From Acutalibacteraceae bacterium (GTDB lineage Bacteria > Bacillota > Clostridia > Oscillospirales > Acutalibacteraceae): a DNA stretch of 64,000 bases. The notes under the pieces were generated by a model that saw nothing but the letters and a program-made list of their open reading frames with translations, had not been told where the DNA came from and did not search any database. The position numbers and the translations under genes are program-made. The stretch covers positions 985 through 64,984 of the forward strand of contig JAZSPN010000133.1 in NCBI GenBank assembly GCA_045537495.1. Reading direction: 5' to 3'. Every line of letters starts with the position of its first letter. Position 1 is the stretch's first letter. Positions 56,190 through 64,000 of the stretch are shown here, in pieces.

Positions 56190-57365
56190 ATGAAAAAGGC
56201 TGTTACTGCATTTTTTCTCATTTTTATTTCAGCACTTTTTATAGGCACGTCATTGACACTTGCACGTCAGTTCGCCTTCTATGTCAGAGAAGAGGGCTTC
56301 GAAAGAGGTTTGCGTCATTTAGAGGAAACCTTCAAGGATGTTGAGGAGAGTTACCTCGAAAATCTTACGGGACGAAAAATTTTTATCGGCATTAACGGTT
56401 TGTTTAATAAAGCAACCGATTCCGAGGCGGTTCCGTCGATTGAAAAAGAAAATTCCGTTTACCTTCTTGAAAACGGTTATGCGGCATTTATCGTAAACGA
56501 TTTTGAGGAGTTTAATGCCGACCAGAAAAACAGTATCGAAATGACCGTGAAGGCATCACAAGAAACAGATGCCGACCTTTTGTTCCTCGTGATTCCGCCG
56601 AAGGTCTGTAAGCCCGAGGATTTTGAGCTTGAAGGAGTCAGAAATCACGAATACGATATCATTGATTATCGCAAGGATTATTTTGAAAGCCGCGGATTCG
56701 ATGTTCTCGATCTCCACGAAGAGCTTCACACTCAGGGACTCGATCATTACAGCCTGTTTTTCAGAACAGACCACCACTGGAACGCTGATGCAGGTCTTTG
56801 GGCAGGCAAAGAAATCACGGGTTGGCTGAGCGAAAAAGGCTTCGGCGTTGACAGCTCAACTTTTTCAAAAGACAATTATGACGAGATAATGATTGAGGAT
56901 CTGTTTCTCGGCAGTCAGGGGAAGCAGGTCGGACCGTACTATGCGGGTACGGATGATTTCAAATATTTTGTACCGAAGTTCAAGACGGACTATCTTGTAA
57001 CCGTTCCCGGAGAAGAGAACGAGATACGCAAGGGCGGATTTATCGGCACGCTGTTTTATGAAAAAAGACTTGTAAAAAATTATTTTGACGGTTTTACTTA
57101 TTCTTCATTCTTGGACGGAGATTTTGCTCTGACAAAAATCGAAAACAGCCTGAACGAAAACGGTCCGAAAATCCTCATGATAAAAGATTCTTTTACCAAT
57201 GTGCTGTCGGTATATTTTGCCGGGGAATGTTCCGAGCTTCACCTTATTGATCCGAGGCATTACGGAGAATCGATATCGGAATATATACGAGAAAACGATT
57301 TCGATGCCGTCATTGTTTCTCTGTCGGCAAGAATGCAGAATGAAATTTTTGAATGGGAGAATTGA
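56190..57365 (+). CDS. DHHW-motif protein (AlgX/AlgJ-like extracytoplasmic acyl-transfer partner)
   Basis: N-terminal anchor and FFRTDHHWNADAG motif. The ATG at 56190 has a GAGAGGTGG SD. Confidence 0.8.
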   Translation: MKKAVTAFFLIFISALFIGTSLTLARQFAFYVREEGFERGLRHLEETFKDVEESYLENLTGRKIFIGINGLFNKATDSEAVPSIEKENSVYLLENGYAAFIVNDFEEFNADQKNSIEMTVKASQETDADLLFLVIPPKVCKPEDFELEGVRNHEYDIIDYRKDYFESRGFDVLDLHEELHTQGLDHYSLFFRTDHHWNADAGLWAGKEITGWLSEKGFGVDSSTFSKDNYDEIMIEDLFLGSQGKQVGPYYAGTDDFKYFVPKFKTDYLVTVPGEENEIRKGGFIGTLFYEKRLVKNYFDGFTYSSFLDGDFALTKIENSLNENGPKILMIKDSFTNVLSVYFAGECSELHLIDPRHYGESISEYIRENDFDAVIVSLSARMQNEIFEWEN

Positions 57366-57375
57366 GGAGTTAACG

Positions 57376-57957
57376 ATGTACACGAGTTGGGAAGAATTGA
57401 AAAAAGAGTGTTCCTTGTGCGATAAATGTCCGTTGGCTGAAACGAGAACAAATCTTGTTTTCGGAGTGGGAGTTTCCGATGCGGAAATTCTGTTTGTCGG
57501 TGAAGGTCCCGGTGAGCAGGAGGACCTGAGAGGAGAGCCGTTTGTCGGCAGAGCGGGACAGCTTCTTGATAAATATCTTGAGGCAATAGGTCTTTCGAGG
57601 GAGAAAAATATTTACATTGCAAACATGGTGAAATGCCGTCCGCCTCAGAACCGTGATCCGAAGCCCGAAGAGCAGGATGTCTGCATAAACTGGCTTCGTG
57701 AACAGGTGAGGCTTCTCAGACCGAAAATCATCGTTTGTCTCGGAAGAATATCGGCGCAGCGACTCATTTCACAAAGCTACAAGGTGACGCAGGAGCACGG
57801 ACAGTTTTTTGAGAAAAACGGAGTTCTTATGATGGGAACATTCCATCCGGCAGCACTTTTACGCGATCCGAGAAGAAAGCCCGATGCGCTGGAGGATTTC
57901 CTGAAGCTTCGTGACAAGATCAACGAGGTTTGCGAGCATACAAAACTTCCGCTGTAA
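57376..57957 (+). CDS. uracil-DNA glycosylase, family 4
   Basis: CSLCDKCPLAETRTNLVFGVG, GEGPGEQED, GRAG and HPAALLR motifs. The ATG at 57376 has a GAGGAG SD. Confidence 0.85.
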   Translation: MYTSWEELKKECSLCDKCPLAETRTNLVFGVGVSDAEILFVGEGPGEQEDLRGEPFVGRAGQLLDKYLEAIGLSREKNIYIANMVKCRPPQNRDPKPEEQDVCINWLREQVRLLRPKIIVCLGRISAQRLISQSYKVTQEHGQFFEKNGVLMMGTFHPAALLRDPRRKPDALEDFLKLRDKINEVCEHTKLPL

Positions 57958-58093
57958 ATTTATCGTTTATTCTCTTTTTGTAAACAAGAAGTTAACATTT
58001 TGATTTTATAATCAAAAAGGGTATTTCTGATAATTGAAAAGATACTCTTTATATGCTACAATAAATCCGAGTTAATTTGAAAAGGAGATAACC

Positions 58094-60253
58094 ATGAAAA
58101 TCAAGATTCAAAAAGCAGTATGTCTTGTTTTGACGCTGTCGTTGCTGGCGGTGTTTGCATCGTGCGGAAAAAACGGTGCGGAGCCGGCAGACAGCCTTAC
58201 CGTAAACGAGTCTTACACTCAGGCGACAGAGCCGAGAATGGAGGACGGAGAAATTGATACGATAATTCAGAAGGTACTCGGTGATACAAAGTGGGAGGGC
58301 GACTATTCCGTACTGACCGAGGAACAGAGAATTATCATTCAGACGGAGTTGAGAAGGAAGGGCTATGAAGCCATCGTTACGGAAAACGGCATTACCTTCT
58401 TTGAATATACGCCGACGGCAGACGAGGAAGAGATTTCCGAGGTTGTCGAAAAGGTACTCGGCGAAAAGGAATGGGACGGCGATTACGACAGTCTGAGCGA
58501 TACGGAAAAAGAGGCGGTCAAGGATGTTCTCGTTGACAGAGGATATGACGTTGAAGTCGGACAGGATGATTTTGTATTCAAAAACGAAGCCGACAGAAAA
58601 GAAGAAACGACTTCACCTTATTACAATAAGCTTCCGACAAAGGAGCAGATATATGCGGCCGTTTACGATGTGATCGGACAGGATGCGTGGAGAAACTGGG
58701 ACGAGGACGTAATGAGTCTTTCGAAGGCGAACCGTGATGCGGTGGTTAACGCACTTAACGATTACGGCTTCCACATAGCGATAAACGAAAAAGGCGAATT
58801 TTACATTGTTCACGATCCGTCGAGAAAGACGACGGTTGCAAAAGCGGATACAAGCGTAACTGCAAATTCGACGACTGAAACTACAACTGCAACGACAACG
58901 CAGAGCGGAAATTCGAAGGAAACCACGACAAAGAATAATACGGGAACAACGGCAACAAGAGAGCTGAATGCACCCGAAGTCGCAAGAAGAAATCTTTCCA
59001 CCTTTGGCGGAACATCGGGAGATTTGTTCGTTGACGTCGCGCCGGCAAAAGACGGCGGTTTCGTGGCGGCGGCACGTTATCAGTCGCTGACGGGAGATTT
59101 CTCGGATACGGATCCGTCGTGGCGACAGATAAAATCGGCCGTCGTAAAATATGATAAAAACGGCGATGTCGAATGGAAATCGCTTATCGGCGGTAACGGT
59201 ACGGCAATCGGCGTATGGTTTGATGCCGTAACAGTTCTCAAGGACGGAAGCGTTGTTGCTGTAGGACAGACGGATGCAAAGAATCTCGGCGAGAAGTTTT
59301 CGGGAGTCATTGACGGAGTTGTCGTAAAATATTCGAAAAACGGAACACGCGAATGGGTAAAGCTTTGCGGCGGCTCAAAGGGCGAAATGTTCTATTCGGT
59401 AGCACCCACACCCGACGGAGGATTCGTTGTCGGAGGTAAATCCGAATCATCGGATAATTATTTCGGTGAGCTTCGCGAAGGTACAATTTCAGCAGTACTT
59501 ATCAAGATGAATGCCGACGGCGAAAAAGAGTGGATGAAGAGCGTTGACGGAAGCAAGCACAGCTCTTTCGATGAAATCGCGGTAACCGACGAAGGCTACA
59601 TTTACGCGGTATGTAATACGAGAGCTTCCGACCTCGACTATGCGGAGTATGCAGGTTACGGCAAGGGCGATGCAATAGTTTTCAAATATTCTCCCGAAGG
59701 CGGAACGGTAACTCACAAAACGATTTACGGATCGGGACTTGATGAAATCGGAGCAATTACTCTCGGCAAGGACGGCGGTGTTGTTGTGACGGGCTATTTT
59801 GGCGCAAATACACACACGGGAACTGTTTTTGACGGTAAACACAATTTCGGCGAATCGGATGTATTCGTTATAAAGCTTGATGCAAGACTTCAGGTTGAAT
59901 GGGTTAATACATTCGGCGGACTCGGAATTGAGCAGACAAACGGAATCGTCAGCATCGACGGCGGTTATGCGATATCGGGATTTTCGACCTCGACGAACAA
60001 CGACTTCTCTTTCCTCGGCGGCGGAAGCAGTGACGTTTTCGTAATCACGTTGAGCGAAAACGGAACAAGCTGTGAAAAGTACTCCGTAAAGGGACCGAAT
60101 TCCGAGCAGTGCTTCGGTATGGCGACGACGAACGGCAAAAAGTTTGCAGTAGTCGGATCAACCCAGTCACCGACGGGCTCTTTTGCCGGACTTACTCCGA
60201 CGCCCGCGAAGGATAAGTATCTTGCATTTTTTGCATTGTATGAAGTAAACTAA
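58094..60253 (+). CDS. large lipoprotein: three N-terminal tandem repeats, Thr-rich linker, C-terminal repeated beta-strand (propeller-like) region
   Basis: Lipobox FASC. Repeats are of the form VLG(D/E).(K/E)W(E/D)GDY..L...(E/Q)...(I/V)...L...GY. The linker is TANSTTETTTATTTQSGNSKETTTKNNTGTTAT. There are at least six DGG(F/Y/V)V..G units. Confidence 0.7.
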   Translation: MKIKIQKAVCLVLTLSLLAVFASCGKNGAEPADSLTVNESYTQATEPRMEDGEIDTIIQKVLGDTKWEGDYSVLTEEQRIIIQTELRRKGYEAIVTENGITFFEYTPTADEEEISEVVEKVLGEKEWDGDYDSLSDTEKEAVKDVLVDRGYDVEVGQDDFVFKNEADRKEETTSPYYNKLPTKEQIYAAVYDVIGQDAWRNWDEDVMSLSKANRDAVVNALNDYGFHIAINEKGEFYIVHDPSRKTTVAKADTSVTANSTTETTTATTTQSGNSKETTTKNNTGTTATRELNAPEVARRNLSTFGGTSGDLFVDVAPAKDGGFVAAARYQSLTGDFSDTDPSWRQIKSAVVKYDKNGDVEWKSLIGGNGTAIGVWFDAVTVLKDGSVVAVGQTDAKNLGEKFSGVIDGVVVKYSKNGTREWVKLCGGSKGEMFYSVAPTPDGGFVVGGKSESSDNYFGELREGTISAVLIKMNADGEKEWMKSVDGSKHSSFDEIAVTDEGYIYAVCNTRASDLDYAEYAGYGKGDAIVFKYSPEGGTVTHKTIYGSGLDEIGAITLGKDGGVVVTGYFGANTHTGTVFDGKHNFGESDVFVIKLDARLQVEWVNTFGGLGIEQTNGIVSIDGGYAISGFSTSTNNDFSFLGGGSSDVFVITLSENGTSCEKYSVKGPNSEQCFGMATTNGKKFAVVGSTQSPTGSFAGLTPTPAKDKYLAFFALYEVN
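58250..58813 (+). repeat. three protein-level tandem repeats (~50-58 aa each) inside the lipoprotein gene
   Basis: Residues ~53-105, 113-164 and 183-240 share the pattern VLGxxxWxGDY / GY(E/D)(A/V) / F(F/V)(F/Y). The copies are diverged at the DNA level. Confidence 0.6.
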
Positions 60254-60262
60254 TAAAGGAAT

Positions 60263-60298
60263 GCCTCGGACGGCTTATCCGTCCGAGGCAGTTTTTTT
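60263..60298 (+). terminator. rho-independent terminator
   Basis: GCCTCGGACGG-cttat-CCGTCCGAGGC forms an 11-bp perfect stem followed by T7. Confidence 0.9.
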
Positions 60299-60363
60299 GA
60301 AAAAATATCAAAAATGTATTGACTTTATCCGGCAAATAATATATAATACCTTAGCACGTAAGC

Positions 60364-60439
60364 GATCCATTAGCTCAGTTGGCAGAGCACTTGACTTTTA
60401 ATCAAGGTGTCCGGAGTTCGAATCTCCGATGGATCACCA
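60364..60439 (+). tRNA. tRNA-Lys (anticodon UUU), CCA encoded
   Basis: Cloverleaf read by hand: acceptor GATCCAT/ATGGATC, D-arm GCTC-AGTTGGC-AGAGC, anticodon arm CTTGA-CTTTTAA-TCAAG, T-arm CGGAG-TTCGAAT-CTCCG, discriminator A, CCA. Length 76 nt. Confidence 0.95.
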
Positions 60440-60442
60440 GAC

Positions 60443-60471
60443 AGACCGCAGTTTTGCGGTCTTTCTTTTTT
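60443..60471 (+). terminator. rho-independent terminator after tRNA-Lys
   Basis: AGACCGCA-gttt-TGCGGTCT followed by TTCTTTTTT. Confidence 0.7.
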
Positions 60472-60493
60472 AAAAAGAAAGGAAGTCGGATTT

Positions 60494-61252
60494 ATGAAAA
60501 TTATGTCTTTTAATGTTCTTTGCTGGGGAAGAGATGAAAACTCACTCGAAAACAGAGTTTCCCTTGTTGTAAAGAAGATCCGTGAGCAAATGCCCGATAT
60601 TCTCGGCACACAGGAATCGCACAAGATCTGGATGGACAGCATCTGTGCAGGAGCTCCCGAATACGCATACGTAGGTGTCGGCAGAGATGACGGTAAGGAC
60701 GAGGGAGAGTTTTCACCCGTTTTTTACCGCAAGGATAAGTTTGAGCTGATTGACAGCGGAACATTCTGGCTTTCGGAAACGCCCTCGGTTCCGTCGAGAA
60801 GCTGGAACACTGCTTGTATCCGCATCTGCACATGGGCAGTTCTTTGCGAAAAGGAAACGGGTAAACGTTTCGCGGCAGTCAACACTCATCTTGACCACAG
60901 AAGCGAAGAGGCAAGAGTAAACGGAATAAAGCTCGTTGTTGATAAGCTTAAATCCTTCGGTGACATGCCTGTTTTCTGTACCGGCGATTTTAATACTTTT
61001 GAAGATTCCGAGGCATACAGAATAATCACTTCCGAAATTATGGCGGATTCGAAATACCTGGCTGTCGATTCGGACAACGGAAACACATATACGGGATTTG
61101 ATCCCGAAGCTACAAAAAATGACAGCCCCATTGACTTTATATTTGTCAAAAAGGACTGTGTAAAGGTAAAGAGCTATAAGATTCTCAGAGATCCTGTTGA
61201 CGGACGCTTGCCGTCGGATCATTATCCCGTTGTCAGCGAGATTGAATTCTGA
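60494..61252 (+). CDS. endonuclease/exonuclease/phosphatase (EEP) family protein
   Basis: MKIMSFNVLCWG...GTQES...NTHLDH...GDFN...PSDHYPV are the canonical EEP motifs. The track ORF N-extension overlaps the tRNA and is rejected. Confidence 0.8.
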   Translation: MKIMSFNVLCWGRDENSLENRVSLVVKKIREQMPDILGTQESHKIWMDSICAGAPEYAYVGVGRDDGKDEGEFSPVFYRKDKFELIDSGTFWLSETPSVPSRSWNTACIRICTWAVLCEKETGKRFAAVNTHLDHRSEEARVNGIKLVVDKLKSFGDMPVFCTGDFNTFEDSEAYRIITSEIMADSKYLAVDSDNGNTYTGFDPEATKNDSPIDFIFVKKDCVKVKSYKILRDPVDGRLPSDHYPVVSEIEF

Positions 61253-61254
61253 GA

Positions 61255-62067
61255 TCAGAGATTTCTTCTCCAGTGAAAGAGATATTGCTGTGCGATTCCT
61301 TCGCTGTCTTTGATGCAGTCGGGCAATCCGTCTGAGTAAAGCTCATCGAGAATACGGCGTACCCACACATCGACGGGAAACGCCTGCATACGGCCTGCAC
61401 CGTAGAGAAGCGTACATTCTGCTACTTTCGGGCCTACACCTTTGATTTTCATTAACTCGGCACGTGCTTCTTCCAAAGGGGCGGTGCCGAGTTTTTTCAG
61501 GTTAACCGTGCCGTCGGTGCATTTTACGGCGGCGTCGATGATGTATTTTGCCCGAAATCCCGAACGAAGCGGCGCGAGGTCCTCGACGGACAGAGAAGCG
61601 AGTCTTTCGGCGGACGGGAAGGAGAAATCGCCGTTTCCGAGGTCGTCGCCGAAAAGCGAGCAGAGTCGGTCGATAATACCGCTTATTCGGGGGATGTTGT
61701 TGTTCTGGGATATAATGAAAGAGCACAGAGCCTCCCACGTGTCCTGACGGAGGATGTGGATTCCGGGATACTGAGTTACGGCTTCTTTGAGGTGGGGATC
61801 TTTTGAGAAATCCGCACAGAGCTTTCCGTAATCGGTGGAAAGATCGAAGTATTTTTCCCATATCAGCGAAAAATCTTCGTCCGTGCACAAAAACAGCAAT
61901 CCGTCGTCGGTTTTTCGGACGGTGAGCGGTTTTGAGAAGGCGACACCGTGCCATTCACCGTCTGTTTCCTTCCAGCGGAATGCCTGTCCGCAAAAGAGGG
62001 TGAGTGAAATATCAAAGTTTTTGTCAAAGGGTATGAGAATGCCGTTGAGGTCTTGCATTTTGCACAT
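61255..62067 (-). CDS. HhH-GPD DNA glycosylase (8-oxoguanine glycosylase/AlkA-like)
   Basis: Helix-hairpin-helix LMKIKGVGPKVAECTLLYG followed by FPVDVWVRR (catalytic Asp region). Confidence 0.8.
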   Translation of the reverse strand: MCKMQDLNGILIPFDKNFDISLTLFCGQAFRWKETDGEWHGVAFSKPLTVRKTDDGLLFLCTDEDFSLIWEKYFDLSTDYGKLCADFSKDPHLKEAVTQYPGIHILRQDTWEALCSFIISQNNNIPRISGIIDRLCSLFGDDLGNGDFSFPSAERLASLSVEDLAPLRSGFRAKYIIDAAVKCTDGTVNLKKLGTAPLEEARAELMKIKGVGPKVAECTLLYGAGRMQAFPVDVWVRRILDELYSDGLPDCIKDSEGIAQQYLFHWRRNL

Positions 62068-62217
62068 AAAATCTGCCAGCTTTCCTGAAAAAAACGTTAA
62101 AACAACGATTAAAAATTGTAATAAAATTGTAATATTTTAAGGTGATTTAATAAAAATAATTAAAAGTTTTAAAATGGTGTAATAATTGAAATTGTTTAAA
62201 TTTTCGGTCGAAAAAAC

Positions 62218-62306
62218 TTATCAACAGGGCTAAAATACGTTCAAATAAGGCTTTATTTCAGATGTTATTCACATTTTCCACCGAGTTTTCCACACATAGT
62301 GAATAA
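62218..62306. promoter_or_regulatory. cluster of DnaA-box-like 9-mers in an AT-rich intergenic region
   Basis: TTATCAACA (62218), TTATTCACA (62265), TTTTCCACC (62274), TTTTCCACA (62286) and reverse AGTGAATAA (62298), compared with the consensus TTATCCACA. Confidence 0.3.
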
Positions 62307-62420
62307 GTGAATTTATACTCAGAGTAATATTTATTGTAACTATTTTTTATTTTTTTGTAGTATAAAAAGTTTCATGACAGGTCACAATATCGTTGTAGTA
62401 AAAACGAAAGGTGAAAGAGT

Positions 62421-62684
62421 ATGATAAAGGGTGTCAACCGTCAGGTGGTGGAAATAACACAGACCGATTGCGAATACTTTGAGAGGATTTTGTTTTTTGT
62501 AAAGCCCGAATTTGCATCGGTAAGCGAAGGTAAGCTTCGCGAAAGGGCGGGAATGATGAGCACGACGGCGGATAAGCCTCCCGTAACCAAAATCAGGAGA
62601 AACCGTATTTTTCGCATAGCCTGCCTTGCGGGATCGGCAATTGCCGGAGCGGGAGTTTATGCGTTGGCGGTATTTCTGATATAA
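62421..62684 (+). CDS. small C-terminally membrane-anchored protein, unknown function
   Basis: 87 aa with a soluble N-terminus (MIKGVNRQVVEITQTDCEYFERILFFVKPE), a basic linker and one C-terminal TM helix. AAAGGTGAAAG SD. The 3' end overlaps the nth 3' end by 28 nt. Confidence 0.5.
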   Translation: MIKGVNRQVVEITQTDCEYFERILFFVKPEFASVSEGKLRERAGMMSTTADKPPVTKIRRNRIFRIACLAGSAIAGAGVYALAVFLI

Positions 62685-63301
62685 CTGTCGCAAAAAGCCT
62701 TCATGCAGCAGCTTTCGCACACAGGTCTTCGGGCGATGCACACGGCTCTGCCGTGCAAAACGCATCGGTGGCAGAAGTCGTTGCTTTCCTCGGGCGGTAA
62801 AAGCTCACGAAGAGCGAGTTCAACCTTGTACGGATCCTTCGACGATACAAGACCGAGCAGATTTGTAATTCTTATGAGGTGTGTATCGGCGACGACGGCG
62901 GGTTTTTTATAGACATCACCGCAGATGAGGTTGGCGGTTTTTCTGCCGACACCGGGAAGAGATGTCAGGTCATCGATGTTGTCGGGAACGGTGCCGTCGA
63001 AATCCGAAAGAATCATCTTCGCCATGCCGATGATGTCGGATGCCTTCGTGCGGTAAAAACCGCATGAATGAATAAGCTGTTCAACCTCGGAAACATCGGC
63101 ATTTGCATAATCCACCAAAGTTTTGTAGCGTGCAAAAAGAGCGGGCGTTACGAGGTTTACACGCGCATCGGTACACTGAGCGGAAAGCCGTGTGGCAACG
63201 AGGAGCTCAAAGGGGTTACTTGCATTGAGGGAACAGATTGAATCGGGATATTCATTTTTGAGAGCGTTGACACAGTTCAGCGCTTTTTGTTTTTTATCCA
63301 T
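62657..63301 (-). CDS. nth: endonuclease III
   Basis: HhH LTSLPGVGRKTANL, catalytic D in the VDTH region (VADTHLIR), and a C-terminal Fe-S loop CIARRPVCESCCMKAFC. The ATG at 63301 was chosen. Confidence 0.9.
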   Translation of the reverse strand: MDKKQKALNCVNALKNEYPDSICSLNASNPFELLVATRLSAQCTDARVNLVTPALFARYKTLVDYANADVSEVEQLIHSCGFYRTKASDIIGMAKMILSDFDGTVPDNIDDLTSLPGVGRKTANLICGDVYKKPAVVADTHLIRITNLLGLVSSKDPYKVELALRELLPPEESNDFCHRCVLHGRAVCIARRPVCESCCMKAFCDSYIRNTANA

Positions 63302-63424
63302 ATAATCACCGACAGTATTATACAATATTTTTAACTGATGAGCAACAGAAAAAGTTTCCTTTTCTATTGACCGATACCAAAAAGAAAGTTATACTGATTA
63401 TAACAAAACTTGGGAGGTTTTCTT

Positions 63425-64000
63425 ATGAAGCTCAGAGCGCCGTCGGTACCGCTCATCACCGTGGATCCGTATTTTTCGGTATGGTCGGCGGCAGACCGAC
63501 TTTACGATGCCGATACAGTCCACTGGACAGGAAAAGAAAACGTTATATCGGGAACGGTTACCGTTGACGGAGAAACGTTTTCCTTTATGGGAAAGAACGA
63601 TGCAGATGTAATCAGGCAGACATCTCTCGATATTTCGGCAATGTTTACCGAATATAAATTTTCAACCGAAAAAATCACACTCAGCATAAGCTTTTTCTCA
63701 ACACTTTTTACAGACGATCTTTATCTTTTGTCGCGTCCCGCATCTTATATGGCGGTGAAGTATTCATCAAATGACGGCAAGGAGCACAAGGTAAGCGTTA
63801 AAATAACGGCGGACGAAACTCTTTGCACGGACAAAAGAGGAGATCTTCCGATAGATTTTACCGAGGGAAAAATCGGAGAAATCAGCATCGGCAGAATGGG
63901 AACAAAGGATCAGAAAGTTCTTAACCGCTCGGGAGATGATCTTCGTATTGACTGGGGATATTTTTATCTTTGTACCAACGGCGGAACGGTTAACGCTTGC
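63425..64000 (+). CDS. glutaminase-A-like glycoside hydrolase family protein (DUF4964/DUF5127 N-terminus), 3' end outside window
   Basis: My own translation of the open frame from the ATG at 63425 (GGGAGG SD) gives MKLRAPSVPLITVDPYFSVWSAADRLYDADTVHWTGKENV...RIDWGYFYL, the characteristic N-terminal pattern. It is not in the ORF track because no stop lies in the window. Confidence 0.75.
   Translation, partial: MKLRAPSVPLITVDPYFSVWSAADRLYDADTVHWTGKENVISGTVTVDGETFSFMGKNDADVIRQTSLDISAMFTEYKFSTEKITLSISFFSTLFTDDLYLLSRPASYMAVKYSSNDGKEHKVSVKITADETLCTDKRGDLPIDFTEGKIGEISIGRMGTKDQKVLNRSGDDLRIDWGYFYLCTNGGTVNAC

Noticed and set aside
62100-62310. Chromosomal replication origin (oriC)
   Set aside because: dnaA, dnaN and rpmH are absent from the window, and the boxes are few and imperfect. 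I keep it only as a DnaA-box-cluster observation, not an oriC call.
60364-62420. tRNA-Lys as an integration site for a mobile element
   Set aside because: There is no integrase, recombinase or transposase gene downstream, and I found no direct repeat of the tRNA 3' end within the remaining 3.5 kb. The downstream genes are ordinary repair genes.
1-64000. CRISPR arrays, IS elements, prophage genes, rRNA operons
   Set aside because: Scanning the intergenic regions and ORF translations revealed no regularly spaced direct repeats, no transposase/integrase/phage structural signatures and no rRNA-like sequence. The only RNA gene found is tRNA-Lys.

Overview
64 kb of chromosomal DNA that looks like a mid-GC Firmicutes/Clostridia gut anaerobe. 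This attribution is inferred from gene content: mreBCD-PBP2-minD, PduL, adjacent gltX/glnS, ECF ThiT behind a TPP riboswitch, and Gram-positive lipoboxes. All calls come from reading the ORF translations and the DNA by eye; no database search was run. Coding density is high, and I saw no transposase, integrase, phage or CRISPR genes. Content in order: a Cys-rich LytTR regulator; a translationally coupled operon (alpha/beta-hydrolase::pyrophosphatase fusion, Nudix, metallophosphoesterase, GT2); a glycan-degradation neighbourhood (GH92, GH55-like beta-helix protein, GH130, DUF4838); small housekeeping and repair genes; then the standout locus at 20.2-30.4 kb. That locus is a six-gene minus-strand operon encoding two unrecognisable polytopic membrane proteins followed by four tandem, diverged ~635-aa B12-binding-domain radical SAM paralogues. 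It has its own promoter and leader and ends at a bidirectional terminator. I cannot match it to any described pathway, and it is the best candidate for a novel system, possibly multi-step radical modification of a membrane-embedded substrate. Downstream lie sugar isomerase/oxidoreductase genes, TPP riboswitch-thiT, a radical SAM/SPASM protein, gltX-glnS, mreBCD-mrdA-minD-pduL, an atypical LytTR response regulator with a heterodimeric ABC exporter, pdxK, an orphan terminator-ended structured element, a GPH transporter-MBOAT-DHHW module, a repeat-rich lipoprotein, tRNA-Lys(UUU), several base-excision-repair genes, an AT-rich intergenic region with DnaA-box-like repeats, and a truncated glutaminase-like gene at the window edge.
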